Below, in pieces: positions 38,068-48,309 of a DNA stretch of 64,000 nucleotides. Position 1 is the stretch's first letter. Every line of letters starts with the position of its first letter. This DNA is from Nitrospinaceae bacterium (lineage in GTDB: Bacteria > Nitrospinota > Nitrospinia > Nitrospinales > VA-1): the NCBI GenBank assembly GCA_046754465.1, contig JBHHVU010000004.1, forward strand, positions 1 through 64,000. The letters are read 5' to 3'. The translations under genes were made by a program, and so were the position numbers. The notes beneath the pieces were generated by a model. The model saw nothing but the letters and a program-made list of their open reading frames with translations, had not been told where the DNA came from and did no database searches.

Positions 38068-39099
38068 ATGAGAATTCTTATTGCCGAAGACGATCCCGAC
38101 AGCGCCAGGCTCCTTCAACACCTTCTCGAAAAAGCCGGGTACACCCTCGCGGTGGAACCAAACGGCCTGCTGGCCCTGGAACGCCTGCGCCGTGAAAAAT
38201 TCGACGCGCTGGTCACCGATTGGTTGATGCCCGGAATGGATGGTATCGGCCTGGTCCATCGCGTTCGCAAGGAATTCAAGGAATCCTTTTTGATCGTCAT
38301 GGTGACCGCCATGAGCGACGCAAACGCCCGCGGGCATGCCCTCCAGGCCGGTGCGGATTATTATGTGATCAAACCCTATCAGCCCGAGGAGGTCCTGAGC
38401 AGTTTGAGTGAGGGGCTGGCCCGGTTGGCGCAGCCCGTGCCGCGGCCACCCACGGCCGCCGGAGTCCGGCCCTCCGGGTTGCCCCCCTTTGTCGGGGTGG
38501 TGATCGCCGCAAGCACCGGAGGACCTCCCGTGGTGACTCGGCTTTTTCAATCCTTAAGCCCTTCCTGTCAAGCAGCTTTTTTTCTGGTTCAACATGGTCC
38601 ATCCTGGATGCTGGAAATGTTCGCCGAACAATTGGATCGCGAAACTCCTTTCAAGTTTCAACTGGCCTCCCGGGGGTTGCAGCCTGTCGTGGGGCAGGTT
38701 TATCTGGCTCCCGGAGAACAGCACCTCTGCCTCCGGTCCGACGCGCTGACCCTGGACCTGAACCGGGACCCCATGGAAAACTTCGTCCGGCCTGCCGCCG
38801 ATCCTTTATTCCGCAGTGCCGCCTCGGTGTTTGGGAAGTACTGTGTGGGGGTCGTCCTGACGGGAATGGGGCGAGACGGCACCCAGGGGGCCGGGCAAAT
38901 AAAATCCTCCGGAGGGGTGGTCCTGGTGCAGGACCCGAAAACGGCTGTGGCTTCTTCCATGCCCCAGACCGTCATAGGGTCGGGATTGGCCGATTTCGTA
39001 CTGCCCCTGGAACCTTTGGTGAAATCCATTGAGGATCAAGTGATGCAACTGGCTTGCGAACTCAAACAAAATTTGAAAGGGGAAAGTTTTTCTCCCTGA
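38068..39099 (+). CDS. REC + CheB-type methylesterase
   Basis: IAEDD...TDWLMPGMDG...KP receiver domain; AASTGG, VQH and LTGMGRDG, retaining the Ser-His-Asp triad. Confidence 0.9.
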   Translation: MRILIAEDDPDSARLLQHLLEKAGYTLAVEPNGLLALERLRREKFDALVTDWLMPGMDGIGLVHRVRKEFKESFLIVMVTAMSDANARGHALQAGADYYVIKPYQPEEVLSSLSEGLARLAQPVPRPPTAAGVRPSGLPPFVGVVIAASTGGPPVVTRLFQSLSPSCQAAFFLVQHGPSWMLEMFAEQLDRETPFKFQLASRGLQPVVGQVYLAPGEQHLCLRSDALTLDLNRDPMENFVRPAADPLFRSAASVFGKYCVGVVLTGMGRDGTQGAGQIKSSGGVVLVQDPKTAVASSMPQTVIGSGLADFVLPLEPLVKSIEDQVMQLACELKQNLKGESFSP

Positions 39100-39166
39100 T
39101 AGAATGGCCTCGTATTCGCGTTTCCGGCCCGGTCCGCCAAACCGGAAATCCGGTTGCGGCCCGCCC

Positions 39167-41329
39167 TCATTCCCGCCTTACCATCCACCCTTCCCAGAAC
39201 AGCATGCAGGCGACCATCAGGAGGAAGGGGGTGGTCAGGGGAAATCCTTCCCCCGCACTCACCGCCTCCAGGGGGGTTTTGCCGGATTTGAAAGTAACCG
39301 GCATGTCCGCCAACTGATCTCTTATTTCTTCCTCCGAAATTTTTTCGGGAGAAGATTCCCGGGTATCGAGATTGACGGTGAAGGCCCCCGCCGGCTCCGC
39401 ATTTTCAGGCAGCCGGATTGTGGAAGGCTCTTCCCCGTTGGGGGGAGAGGGTTTTGCGCCTTTCACCAGCGGACTCCGGTACAGGCGGTACACCCCCGGA
39501 CGGGAGGTGTCCTTGAAGGCGGCCTCCCCCTTGTCAACGGAAAGCGGAGTGATTCTGCCACCGGGCGATTCGATGAACGCCCGGCTTCCGGAAAAATCAT
39601 CTTTCCATACAAAGGGTTCGCCTACCCGGAGATCTTGCCGCACGATGCTTTCCAGTCCGCGCGCGGAATATTTGACCCATCGCTGGGTCCAAGGAAGAAA
39701 CGTGGGCTGGATCGGGAAATTGTTCCAGTCCCGGTCGATACTGGAAACATAAAGCAGGACCTTTCCTTTCCCGAAATTTGATTCCACCAGGGCGGGGGAC
39801 TTGTTCAGGAACCACAGCGGGATGATGTACTTCCGGTTTTCCCGGGGAGTCACGCTGTAAAAGGAGTGAAAGCGGATGTCCCTCATCTCCTCCAGGGTTT
39901 TGCCGGAAAAGATCTTCAGCACCGGATGTTCGCTTTTTTCAAACCGCAGGCGGAAGGGTTCGTCCTGTTTCCCGACCTGATGCAGCGCATCGATGGTGAC
40001 GGGAAGAAGATTGCCTAGTTTTTCGTTGTAGTACTTGGGGTCCACCTGGTCGCCCAGGGCGATGAACAGGGCGCCGCCGCGCATGACGTATTTTTCTAAC
40101 TGAATTTCATATCCCAGGGGGAGGTCCCGAACGTTGCAGAGTAGGACCACCGAAAAATCCAGGAGACTTCTCCGTGGCAGTTCTTCCAGGGTGGAAACGG
40201 TGGATTCAATATTGGAAAGGGCGGCCGAGAAAGGATTGAGGGCGCGTTCCAGGTAAAACGATTCGCTTTGATGGGCCACCGTCTTGGGATCCCCGTCGAC
40301 GACCAGGACCTTGATCTTCTGGTCGGGTTGATAGGAGAAAAACCGGCGATTGTCCACCAAAAGTCCGTCCCGGGGAATATCCATCGTGCCCTGGATGGGC
40401 TCATTTTCCAAAAGAGGGAAGGAAAATTCTTTTTCCACTTCCTCCCCGGGAGGCACATCGACAAACCCTTCCGTTTGTTTTTTGTCCTGAACGAAAAGAG
40501 AAAGGTTCAGCCGGTGGACCGGAATGCGGGCCGACAGGTTGACCACCCGGCCCTTGACGCGGATGATGCGGCTGTTGGTCAAAAATTCCTGTCTCACCTC
40601 CAGGTTTTGAACGGCCGCCCGATTGGGTGTCGTTTGCAGGCCGGAAAAATCGATGAGGGTCACGGGGATGTGGAGGGGCCCCGGGTTTTCCGGAAACTCA
40701 TCCTCCTTCCAGCCGTTTTTATCCCGGTCGGTTAAAATAAAAATGCGTTTCTCCTCTTGAGGGGTGGATTCCAAAAGCCCGAGGGCGAGGGTGACCGCCT
40801 GGCCGATACTCGTGGTCCGATAGGAAGGTTGGGATGCCTTGAGAATTTTCTCGGCGATCGAGGGGTCGTTCGTCCATTCCTGTAGAACCCGCGCCGGCGC
40901 GGAAGCCAGGACGAGGCTATACAGGTGGTCCCCCCCGGAAATCTTTCGCAAAGGGGGCAGCAGGGCCGCAACGGCATTGGCATACAGGGTGCTATCCCCG
41001 GATTGGCCCCCCATGCTGTAGGAATCGTCCAGGATGAAGACATTGGCCGAGGAAACCGAGGACAGGAGGTCCGCCGGCCCGCCGAAAGAAAAAATGGGGT
41101 GTGCCAGGGCCAGGCTGAGCAGCGCGATTCCCAGGCACCGGATGAGCAGGAGCAGAAGCCGGTTGGGGACCGACTTCCTGACTGCCCGTTTTTGCGACTG
41201 GAACAGCAGGTGAATGGCGGAAAATAGAATTCGCTTTTGCTGGCGGCGGGTCAAAAGGTGGATCAGAATCGGAACCCCTATGCCGAGGAGGCCCAGGAGA
41301 TACATAGGTGAAAGGAAATTGAGGTTCAT
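39167..41329 (-). CDS. BatA-domain / vWA membrane protein
   Basis: N-terminal PILIHL...F BatA motif, MIDAS DDSYSM, ILTD, and a C-terminal TM. Confidence 0.88.
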   Translation of the reverse strand: MNLNFLSPMYLLGLLGIGVPILIHLLTRRQQKRILFSAIHLLFQSQKRAVRKSVPNRLLLLLIRCLGIALLSLALAHPIFSFGGPADLLSSVSSANVFILDDSYSMGGQSGDSTLYANAVAALLPPLRKISGGDHLYSLVLASAPARVLQEWTNDPSIAEKILKASQPSYRTTSIGQAVTLALGLLESTPQEEKRIFILTDRDKNGWKEDEFPENPGPLHIPVTLIDFSGLQTTPNRAAVQNLEVRQEFLTNSRIIRVKGRVVNLSARIPVHRLNLSLFVQDKKQTEGFVDVPPGEEVEKEFSFPLLENEPIQGTMDIPRDGLLVDNRRFFSYQPDQKIKVLVVDGDPKTVAHQSESFYLERALNPFSAALSNIESTVSTLEELPRRSLLDFSVVLLCNVRDLPLGYEIQLEKYVMRGGALFIALGDQVDPKYYNEKLGNLLPVTIDALHQVGKQDEPFRLRFEKSEHPVLKIFSGKTLEEMRDIRFHSFYSVTPRENRKYIIPLWFLNKSPALVESNFGKGKVLLYVSSIDRDWNNFPIQPTFLPWTQRWVKYSARGLESIVRQDLRVGEPFVWKDDFSGSRAFIESPGGRITPLSVDKGEAAFKDTSRPGVYRLYRSPLVKGAKPSPPNGEEPSTIRLPENAEPAGAFTVNLDTRESSPEKISEEEIRDQLADMPVTFKSGKTPLEAVSAGEGFPLTTPFLLMVACMLFWEGWMVRRE

Positions 41330-42237
41330 GCTTTGCTCAGGCTTTGCCGTCTCAACAAATAATAGCTCAGCGCCTGGTCAAGGGGGATGGTGGTTTCCAG
41401 GAAAATGTAATCCACTCCCAGTCCCAGACATGTTTTTCTGTACTCCTCGATCTGACCGCGAACTAGTTTTTGATACTCTTCCCGGATTTCCTGGGGGTCG
41501 AGGCCCAGGACAGGGTCGTCTTCCAGCGATTCGAAGAGGATATCGCCTTCAAAGGGCAGCGATACCTCATCCGGATGAAGAATGTGAAAGAGGATGACCT
41601 CCAGGCCCCGGGAACGGAGAAGCTTGAGATCTTTCGCAACGTTGTCGTTCCTGGCCAGCAGATCGGAAATCAGAATGAGCATGCCGTGGCTGGGCAGCCG
41701 TTCCACGATTTTGTCTATCACCCGGTCGATTCGCGTGACGCCCCCCGGTTCCATGGCTTCCAGGCCATGCAGGATATGCTGAAAATGGGAGGCCTTGGAA
41801 CGGGGAGGGATGTGTTGGATGATCCGGTCGTTGAACAGGGTCAAGCCCACGGCATCAAACTGTTTCAGAAAAATACAGGTCAGGCACGCGGCCAGGTTCT
41901 TGGCATACTCCATTTTGGTCATTCCCGTTTGATCGGGAGAAACGTAGCCCATGGAGCCGCTGGCATCGAGAAGGATCGTGCATTTGAGATTGGTGGATTG
42001 TTCAAATTGCTTGACGTGATACTTGTCCGTCTTGCCCACCACTTTCCAGTCGATGTGGCGGATCTCGTCTCCGGGCGTATAGTCCTTATACTCCGCGAAT
42101 TCCACGCTGGACCCTTTGTGGCGGCTCCGATGGTTTCCCGACAAGAGACCCTCCACGAGGTTCAGCGCCCGAATCTTCAGGGTGGAAACCCGGGAGAGGA
42201 TGTCCGGATCGTATGTTGGAGTTTCTTTTTTTTCCAT
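41326..42237 (-). CDS. DUF58 (vWA-like) protein
   Basis: GSSVEFAEYKDYTPGDEIRHIDWK, LDASGSM and ISD. Confidence 0.92.
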   Translation of the reverse strand: MEKKETPTYDPDILSRVSTLKIRALNLVEGLLSGNHRSRHKGSSVEFAEYKDYTPGDEIRHIDWKVVGKTDKYHVKQFEQSTNLKCTILLDASGSMGYVSPDQTGMTKMEYAKNLAACLTCIFLKQFDAVGLTLFNDRIIQHIPPRSKASHFQHILHGLEAMEPGGVTRIDRVIDKIVERLPSHGMLILISDLLARNDNVAKDLKLLRSRGLEVILFHILHPDEVSLPFEGDILFESLEDDPVLGLDPQEIREEYQKLVRGQIEEYRKTCLGLGVDYIFLETTIPLDQALSYYLLRRQSLSKA

Positions 42238-42358
42238 GGTTACGGGTGCCGGTATGAGCGGCAGGAGTTCCTTCTATTAATATTAGGGTTCCCCCCGTAC
42301 TTTGGCAAATTAAAAAAAACACGCCGGCCCCCGAGGGCCCCCTCGATGCGGTTGCCGG

Positions 42359-42386
42359 TTGACATTGGGGAAAAGGTTTATACAAT
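42359..42386 (+). promoter_or_regulatory. sigma70 promoter for pepN-LRR
   Basis: TTGACA (42359-42364), 16-nt spacer, TACAAT (42381-42386). Confidence 0.7.
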
Positions 42387-42442
42387 AGGATCAACCCTTT
42401 AAACCCATCCGCGAATTCCATCTATCCATCGATAGCTTTATT

Positions 42443-45058
42443 ATGGGCGCGATCCGTTACTGTAAGTGTCATTTCCAGGATGGCGAATCGGAACACTGGG
42501 GCGTTTTGGACCGTAAATCCTTTGCCCAATCCGGCTCGAAACCTCACTTCTCCCCGGATACTCCGGTGTTGCCGGAGCACCTCCTGCTCGAGCTGTATTT
42601 CGATTGGGATGAGGAACGGGTCTGGGGGTCCACCACCTGCCAGCTTCTGGTCAAGGGAGCCGGGGCGCGGGACATTTGTTTCGATGCGGTGAATCTGGAT
42701 GTGTCCGAGGTACGGGTGGGAAGCAAGACCCGGGAATTTGAAAATACCGGAGACCGGGTCGAGATCCCGCTGGAGAAACCGTTAAAACCCGGCAGCCGCG
42801 TCAAGGTCAAACTGTGGCATTCCGTGACCCGGCCCGCGGCGGGGATCTATTTCACCAAACCCGATGCCCACTACCCGGAGCGGTTTCGGACCGTTTGGAC
42901 GCAAGGTCAGGATGAGGATTCCCGGTATTATTTCCCCTGTTTCGACAAGCCCAATTTCAAACAGACCACCGAGGTCCTTCTCCATCTGCCGCCCGGAATG
43001 TTCGGGTTGTCCAACGGCCGGCTGCTTCGGAATCGCACCACGGCGCGGGAAGCCCTGTTCCATTACAAAATGGAGATTCCCTATTCCACCTATCTCCTTT
43101 CAATTGTCGCGGGCGAATTTTCCGAATACGTGATACGGTCCAATGGCGTGGCGGTCAAGTGGTATGTCCAGAAAGGCCGCGAAAAGGAGGGCCAAAACGC
43201 GTTCCAGGACACCGCCAGGATCCTGCGGTTTTTTTCCGAGTACACGGGCTATCCTTATCCTTACGAGCATTATACCCAGATCGCCGTGCCGGAATTCGTG
43301 TTTGGCGGCATGGAAAACTTCACCGTGACCACCCAGACCGACCTGACCCTGCATGACGACCGCGCCGCGTTGGACATGGACTCGAACGGTTTGGTGGCGC
43401 ACGAGGCGGCCCACACCTGGTTCGGGGATCTGATCACCGCGAAACACTGGTCCCATGCCTGGCTGCATGAGTCGTTCGCCACCTACTTCGATGCCCTTTA
43501 CACCCGCGAGTCGAAGGGGGAGGAGGAGTTCCGGTATCAACTTCTGCAGGACGCGGAGACCTATTTTAGTGAAGACGCCAAGTACCGCCGCCCGATCGTG
43601 ACGCATATTTATAAGGAACCCATCGACCTGTTTGACGCCCATCTTTACCCGGGAGGGGCCGTACGCCTGCATTACCTGAAATCCCTCGCTGGGGAAAAAT
43701 TTTTCCGGGACGCTCTGAAAATTTTCCTGAAACGTTACGAGTTCGGGGTCGTGGAGACGGTCGATTTTGTCCGCTGCCTGGAGGAAGTCACCGCCCGCAA
43801 TTTCGATGAATGGCTGGACCAGTGGATATACCGCGGCGGGTATCCTTCCCTGGAGGTGAGCTACCAGTGGGACGGCAAATTCCGGATGGCAGTGGTTACG
43901 GTCAAGCAAACGCAGAAAGCGGATAAAAAGGACGAGAAACTTTTGTTCAAACTGCCCCTCGAAATCGAGTTTTGTTTTTCCCGCGGGGCCGAACGGTTTC
44001 CCATCGAGATCAAAAACGCCGAAGAGAAGTTTTGTTTTAAACTGCGGGCCAAGCCGCTCTATTTCCGTCTAGATCCCGATTACGCCTGTCCCTGCAAAAA
44101 AGTGAAGCTGGAGGTTTCACGGCCACTGCTGCATGCGCAGTTGAGGAGAGATACCGATCCTGTCGGCCGAATCGAGGCGGCGGCGGCGATGGTGAGCAAG
44201 GCGTCCATGAACGACATCAAGATTTTGGGCGAATGTCTCAGGAAAGAAAAGTTCTGGGGGGTGGCCAACCGGATAGCGCGGGCCCTGGGAAAGATCGGGG
44301 GTGATAAGGCGCGGGAAGCACTGCTCAAGGGATTAAAAAGTGCCCACCCCAAAAATCGTTTGGGGGTGGTGCGGGCGCTCGGGGAATTCGTTGACGATGA
44401 AAAAGCCGCCCGATCCCTCCGAAAGGTGGCGGCCGGGGATGCTTCCTACCGGGTCGAGGCGGCCGCCCTGGAAGCTTTGGGTCGAATCAAGCACCGGGAA
44501 TCGCGGGTCTTTTTGGAAGACTCGCTGGACAAGCCCTCGCACAATGAGATGGCCCAATCAGCGGTCTATAACGCCCTGGGTCATCTGGAAGAGGAAGCGT
44601 CCTGGGAAACCCTGGTGCGCGGCGCCGATTACGGCGCTCCCAAAAACAGCCGGGGGGCCGCCATGCGCGCCCTGGCCCGGCTGGCCAAATTGTACGAGCA
44701 TCGAAAAGGGGAAGCCATCGATCACTTCAGGCGGTTCGCGATGGAGACCCGGGGTACCCCGGCGGCGGTTTTCCGGGGAAAACTGGGAGCCATCCAGGCC
44801 ATGAAACAACTTGATGACCTTGCCGCCGTCCCCGTCCTGCGGCAGCTCGCCGGTAACGAAACCGACGGCCGGCTTCAGCGCCGGGCGGAGGAAACCATAG
44901 CTGCTTTGTTCGATTCCGCCAGGAAACCAAAGGAAATCCGCGTGATCCGGTCGGAACTGGATGAGGTGAGCCGGGAAAATAAATCCCTTCGCGACCGGTT
45001 GGACCTCGTCGAAAAAAAACAGGAGACCCAAACCAAAACCAGAAACAAAAAAGGATGA
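42443..45058 (+). CDS. pepN: M1 family aminopeptidase with C-terminal HEAT repeats and coiled coil
   Basis: GGMEN and HEAAHTWFG...WLHESFA (HExxH-18-E), followed by HEAT-like repeats. Confidence 0.92.
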   Translation: MGAIRYCKCHFQDGESEHWGVLDRKSFAQSGSKPHFSPDTPVLPEHLLLELYFDWDEERVWGSTTCQLLVKGAGARDICFDAVNLDVSEVRVGSKTREFENTGDRVEIPLEKPLKPGSRVKVKLWHSVTRPAAGIYFTKPDAHYPERFRTVWTQGQDEDSRYYFPCFDKPNFKQTTEVLLHLPPGMFGLSNGRLLRNRTTAREALFHYKMEIPYSTYLLSIVAGEFSEYVIRSNGVAVKWYVQKGREKEGQNAFQDTARILRFFSEYTGYPYPYEHYTQIAVPEFVFGGMENFTVTTQTDLTLHDDRAALDMDSNGLVAHEAAHTWFGDLITAKHWSHAWLHESFATYFDALYTRESKGEEEFRYQLLQDAETYFSEDAKYRRPIVTHIYKEPIDLFDAHLYPGGAVRLHYLKSLAGEKFFRDALKIFLKRYEFGVVETVDFVRCLEEVTARNFDEWLDQWIYRGGYPSLEVSYQWDGKFRMAVVTVKQTQKADKKDEKLLFKLPLEIEFCFSRGAERFPIEIKNAEEKFCFKLRAKPLYFRLDPDYACPCKKVKLEVSRPLLHAQLRRDTDPVGRIEAAAAMVSKASMNDIKILGECLRKEKFWGVANRIARALGKIGGDKAREALLKGLKSAHPKNRLGVVRALGEFVDDEKAARSLRKVAAGDASYRVEAAALEALGRIKHRESRVFLEDSLDKPSHNEMAQSAVYNALGHLEEEASWETLVRGADYGAPKNSRGAAMRALARLAKLYEHRKGEAIDHFRRFAMETRGTPAAVFRGKLGAIQAMKQLDDLAAVPVLRQLAGNETDGRLQRRAEETIAALFDSARKPKEIRVIRSELDEVSRENKSLRDRLDLVEKKQETQTKTRNKKG

Positions 45059-45062
45059 GGTC

Positions 45063-45635
45063 ATGAATAAACCTTTTAACGACGAACCGGTAGAATCCCT
45101 GGTGGAAAAATTCCTGGCGCAGGGAGGAACCGTCCTGGATTTGCGCCTCAAATACCTTGGAGACCCCGGGGTGGCCTATTTGGCCCAAAGGCAGGAACTG
45201 GTCCGGCTGACGGAACTCAACCTGGAAAGGAACGATATCACCGATCAGGGAGTTCAGGCCCTGTCACAATCGCGGATCATCACCGGACTCAAGGTCCTGC
45301 ACCTGGAGCGCAATGCCATCGGGGACGAAGGGGCAAAAAGCATCGCCCAATCCCCGGCGCTCTCCCACCTCACCACTCTGCATTTGTGGAAAAACCGGAT
45401 CGGACCGGAAGGAGCCCAGGCGCTGGCCGAATCGATTCACCTGGTGAATCTGGAGACCCTCGACCTCGCACACAACAAGATCGGCGATGAGGGAGCCCGC
45501 GCGCTGGCCCAGAGCCAGACCCTGACCGGACTGAAATTTCTGGAATTGTTCGGAAACGATTTGACCGGGGAAGGGATCCACGCCTTGAAGGAATCCCAGG
45601 CCTTTCCCAATCTCCAGACCATGATCCTGGAATAG
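45063..45635 (+). CDS. Leucine-rich repeat protein (RI/GALA-like)
   Basis: Five 27-aa repeats LxxLxLxxNxIGxxGAxALAxS plus partial copies. Confidence 0.9.
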   Translation: MNKPFNDEPVESLVEKFLAQGGTVLDLRLKYLGDPGVAYLAQRQELVRLTELNLERNDITDQGVQALSQSRIITGLKVLHLERNAIGDEGAKSIAQSPALSHLTTLHLWKNRIGPEGAQALAESIHLVNLETLDLAHNKIGDEGARALAQSQTLTGLKFLELFGNDLTGEGIHALKESQAFPNLQTMILE

Positions 45636-45707
45636 GGGAAAACCGGGAATCGCCTTTCTCCCGGAAAGGAATGCCACACGGAACCCACTCCCGGGAAAAC
45701 GGGAAAA

Positions 45708-46115
45708 TCAAATCCGAAACTTTTTCAGGATGGTTTTAATTTCTTCGACTGGCACCATGGGGCCCCGGTCCACCCCCGGACAGAACCCGCCCAACAGCCT
45801 CCAGATATTTTTGGAATCCAGGTTTTCTTTCCAGAAAGGGTAAGAGCGGCATTGTTTGGGTTTGGAGGGGTGGATGCTGCATCCCTCGCAGGTCAAAAAC
45901 GTGCAGGGCGCGTCGTTTTCCACCTCGATCACCCAGTCACCATCATCCCGTTTGAGGTAGGTGGATTTAAATTCACTGGGAGTGCAATTCAGATATTTGG
46001 AGATTTCGCGGATATCCTCGCGGTCGAAATAGACAAACCCCGGTTTACAACAGCATTTAAAGCAGTCGGGTTGACATTCGAACCGCAGAGGCTCTTTTTC
46101 CCACCATTTGGCCAT
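45708..46115 (-). CDS. YkgJ family cysteine-cluster protein
   Basis: FECQPDCFKCC...CTFL...CSIH..KPKQCRSYPFW...CPG. Confidence 0.9.
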   Translation of the reverse strand: MAKWWEKEPLRFECQPDCFKCCCKPGFVYFDREDIREISKYLNCTPSEFKSTYLKRDDGDWVIEVENDAPCTFLTCEGCSIHPSKPKQCRSYPFWKENLDSKNIWRLLGGFCPGVDRGPMVPVEEIKTILKKFRI

Positions 46116-46117
46116 GA

Positions 46118-47299
46118 CTAATAAAATACCACCATATCGTCGCGGTGGATGACTTCCTCATAATAATTACTGCCAAAGAGTTTTTTCACTTCGGACGTTT
46201 TCATGCCCATTATTTTTTCCAGGTCGGAGGAACTGTAATTGACCAGACCGCGGGCGATTTCACCGGATTTTTCATCGACGACGCTGACAGAATTTCCAAA
46301 ATCGAATTTTCCCTCCACCCGAATCACGCCGGCGGAAAGCAGACTTTTCCTCCCTTCGACAAGAGCTTTTTGGGCGCCGCGGTCGACGGTGATGGTTCCC
46401 ATAGGTTTCAGGGTATGAGCGATCCAGTGTTTTCGGTTGCGGATGCGTTCCTTCCCCGACCAGAATAGGGTGCCCACCCTTTCCCCGGAGAATATTTTAT
46501 CCATCACCCCTTCATCGAGTCCGTTGACGATCAGGGTCGGGATGCCGAAACTCATGGTCTTTTTGGCGGCGAGGACCTTGGTATACATTCCTCCCACTGT
46601 GAACAGGGTTTTGCTCTTCCCGGCCTGTTTTTCGACTTCCGGGGTCACGCGGCGGACCAGGGGGATGAGTTGGGGCGGATCGGACTTTCCCCGGGCCGCC
46701 CGGCTGGGGTCCCGGGAGTACAATCCCTCTACATCGGACAGGATGATCAGCAATTGGGCGTCCACCAAGCAGGCGACGGTGGCCGAGAGGGTGTCGTTGT
46801 CCCCGATCTTTATTTCATCCACGGTGACGGAATCGTTTTCGTTGATGATGGGAATGACCCGGTGTTTCAGAAGCGTTTCGATGGTGTGTTTGGCGTTCAA
46901 ATAGCGTTGGCGGTTGACCAGGTCGCCGCTGCTCAACAGGATTTGGGCCACCTGGAGTCCTTGCCTCTCGAACTTTTTTTCGTATGCGCGCATGAGGTTG
47001 CTTTGGCCGATGGCGGCGCAAGCCTGTTTTTCGGGAATCGACAACGTGTTCCGGGTGATGCCGAGCCGTTCGCGCCCGGCCATGATGGCGCCGGAAGAGA
47101 CGAGAACAACTTCACAGCCGTTGGCGACGACTTTCTTGATCTTGGCGGAGTAATGCCGCACCCGGTCCATGCACAGGCCGGGACCTTGGGAGACGGCCTT
47201 GCGTTCGCGGCGGGAGATCACGCTGCTGCCGATTTTGATCACAACCCGCTTAAGGTTTTTGAGGATATTTTTGTGAATTTCGTTTTCGATCATTTTCAT
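46118..47299 (-). CDS. proB: Glutamate 5-kinase
   Basis: VIKIGSS, VSSGA, INENDSV, GDNDTL, GGMYTK and a PUA domain. Confidence 0.96.
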   Translation of the reverse strand: MKMIENEIHKNILKNLKRVVIKIGSSVISRRERKAVSQGPGLCMDRVRHYSAKIKKVVANGCEVVLVSSGAIMAGRERLGITRNTLSIPEKQACAAIGQSNLMRAYEKKFERQGLQVAQILLSSGDLVNRQRYLNAKHTIETLLKHRVIPIINENDSVTVDEIKIGDNDTLSATVACLVDAQLLIILSDVEGLYSRDPSRAARGKSDPPQLIPLVRRVTPEVEKQAGKSKTLFTVGGMYTKVLAAKKTMSFGIPTLIVNGLDEGVMDKIFSGERVGTLFWSGKERIRNRKHWIAHTLKPMGTITVDRGAQKALVEGRKSLLSAGVIRVEGKFDFGNSVSVVDEKSGEIARGLVNYSSSDLEKIMGMKTSEVKKLFGSNYYEEVIHRDDMVVFY

Positions 47300-47362
47300 C
47301 CCTGAAAGGACGGGAAAGTCACCAGGAATTCCCCTTCCGGGAACCCCGTTCCGGAAGGCACC

Positions 47363-48214
47363 TTATTGCTTTTTGGCGGAATTTTCAAGGGTGGCGGTGA
47401 TGAAACGGTCCCACGCCTGGTAATAGGCCGGGCCACCGGCGATGTAGGTGTCGTTATGGCTGGCGCCCTCGATCGCGTAAAATTCCTTGGGGGAGGCGGC
47501 GGCTTCGTACAGTTTTTTCCCCAACCGGAAGGGCACGATTTCATCCCGCGTCCCGTGAAGGAACAGCTTGGGAAGCGTCACCTCCGGGATTCGGCTCAAT
47601 GCGTCGAATTTGGACTTAATGGCCCAACCCAGGGGAAACAGGGGGAACAGATTCCTCGCCATGTCCTCCGTCGAAGTAAAAACCGATTCAAGGATCAGTC
47701 CCGCGGCGGGATTGTTGGACGCCACTTCCACCGCGCACACGCCGCCCAGCGACCGGCCGAAAAGGAACAACCGCTCCGGCGCGGCGGATTTTTCCCGGAC
47801 CACCACGTCATACGCGGCCTGGGAATCGAGGTAGAGCCCCGGTTCGTCCGGGTCTCCTTCGCTTTTTCCGTACCCCCGGTAATCGAAAATAAACACGTTC
47901 AGCTTCAAGGGCATCAACCGGTGGATATTGTCCAACCGGTGGGTCAGGTTGCCAGCGTTGCCGTGAAACCAGAGCAATACGGCCCGGGCTCCGGGAGACG
48001 GAACCCACCATCCGTGGAGTCGGACCCCGTCTTCGGCCTGGAAAAAAACATCTTCCACCTGTATCCCGAAGGACCCCGGTTTCCAGGTACCCTCGGGATA
48101 TTTCAGGGGATGATAAATGATCTTTTTTTCGCATCCTACCAAAACCGCTGCGTAGAGGAATAAAACGAGCAGGATCAGTCCCACCGTTTGTAAAATGGAC
48201 ATGCTCTTTTTCAT
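47363..48214 (-). CDS. Membrane-anchored alpha/beta hydrolase
   Basis: FHGNAGN, DYRGYG, GRSLG, HGTRDEIVP and ASHND. Confidence 0.9.
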   Translation of the reverse strand: MKKSMSILQTVGLILLVLFLYAAVLVGCEKKIIYHPLKYPEGTWKPGSFGIQVEDVFFQAEDGVRLHGWWVPSPGARAVLLWFHGNAGNLTHRLDNIHRLMPLKLNVFIFDYRGYGKSEGDPDEPGLYLDSQAAYDVVVREKSAAPERLFLFGRSLGGVCAVEVASNNPAAGLILESVFTSTEDMARNLFPLFPLGWAIKSKFDALSRIPEVTLPKLFLHGTRDEIVPFRLGKKLYEAAASPKEFYAIEGASHNDTYIAGGPAYYQAWDRFITATLENSAKKQ

Positions 48215-48309
48215 TCGCTGCTCGGGGAGGGAGAGATTCCCCTAACTCCTTCCCGGCGTCGCTTTTTTTCTCCGGCCCAAAATTAAAATAAAGGGCCGGA
48301 AAGGGTTTT

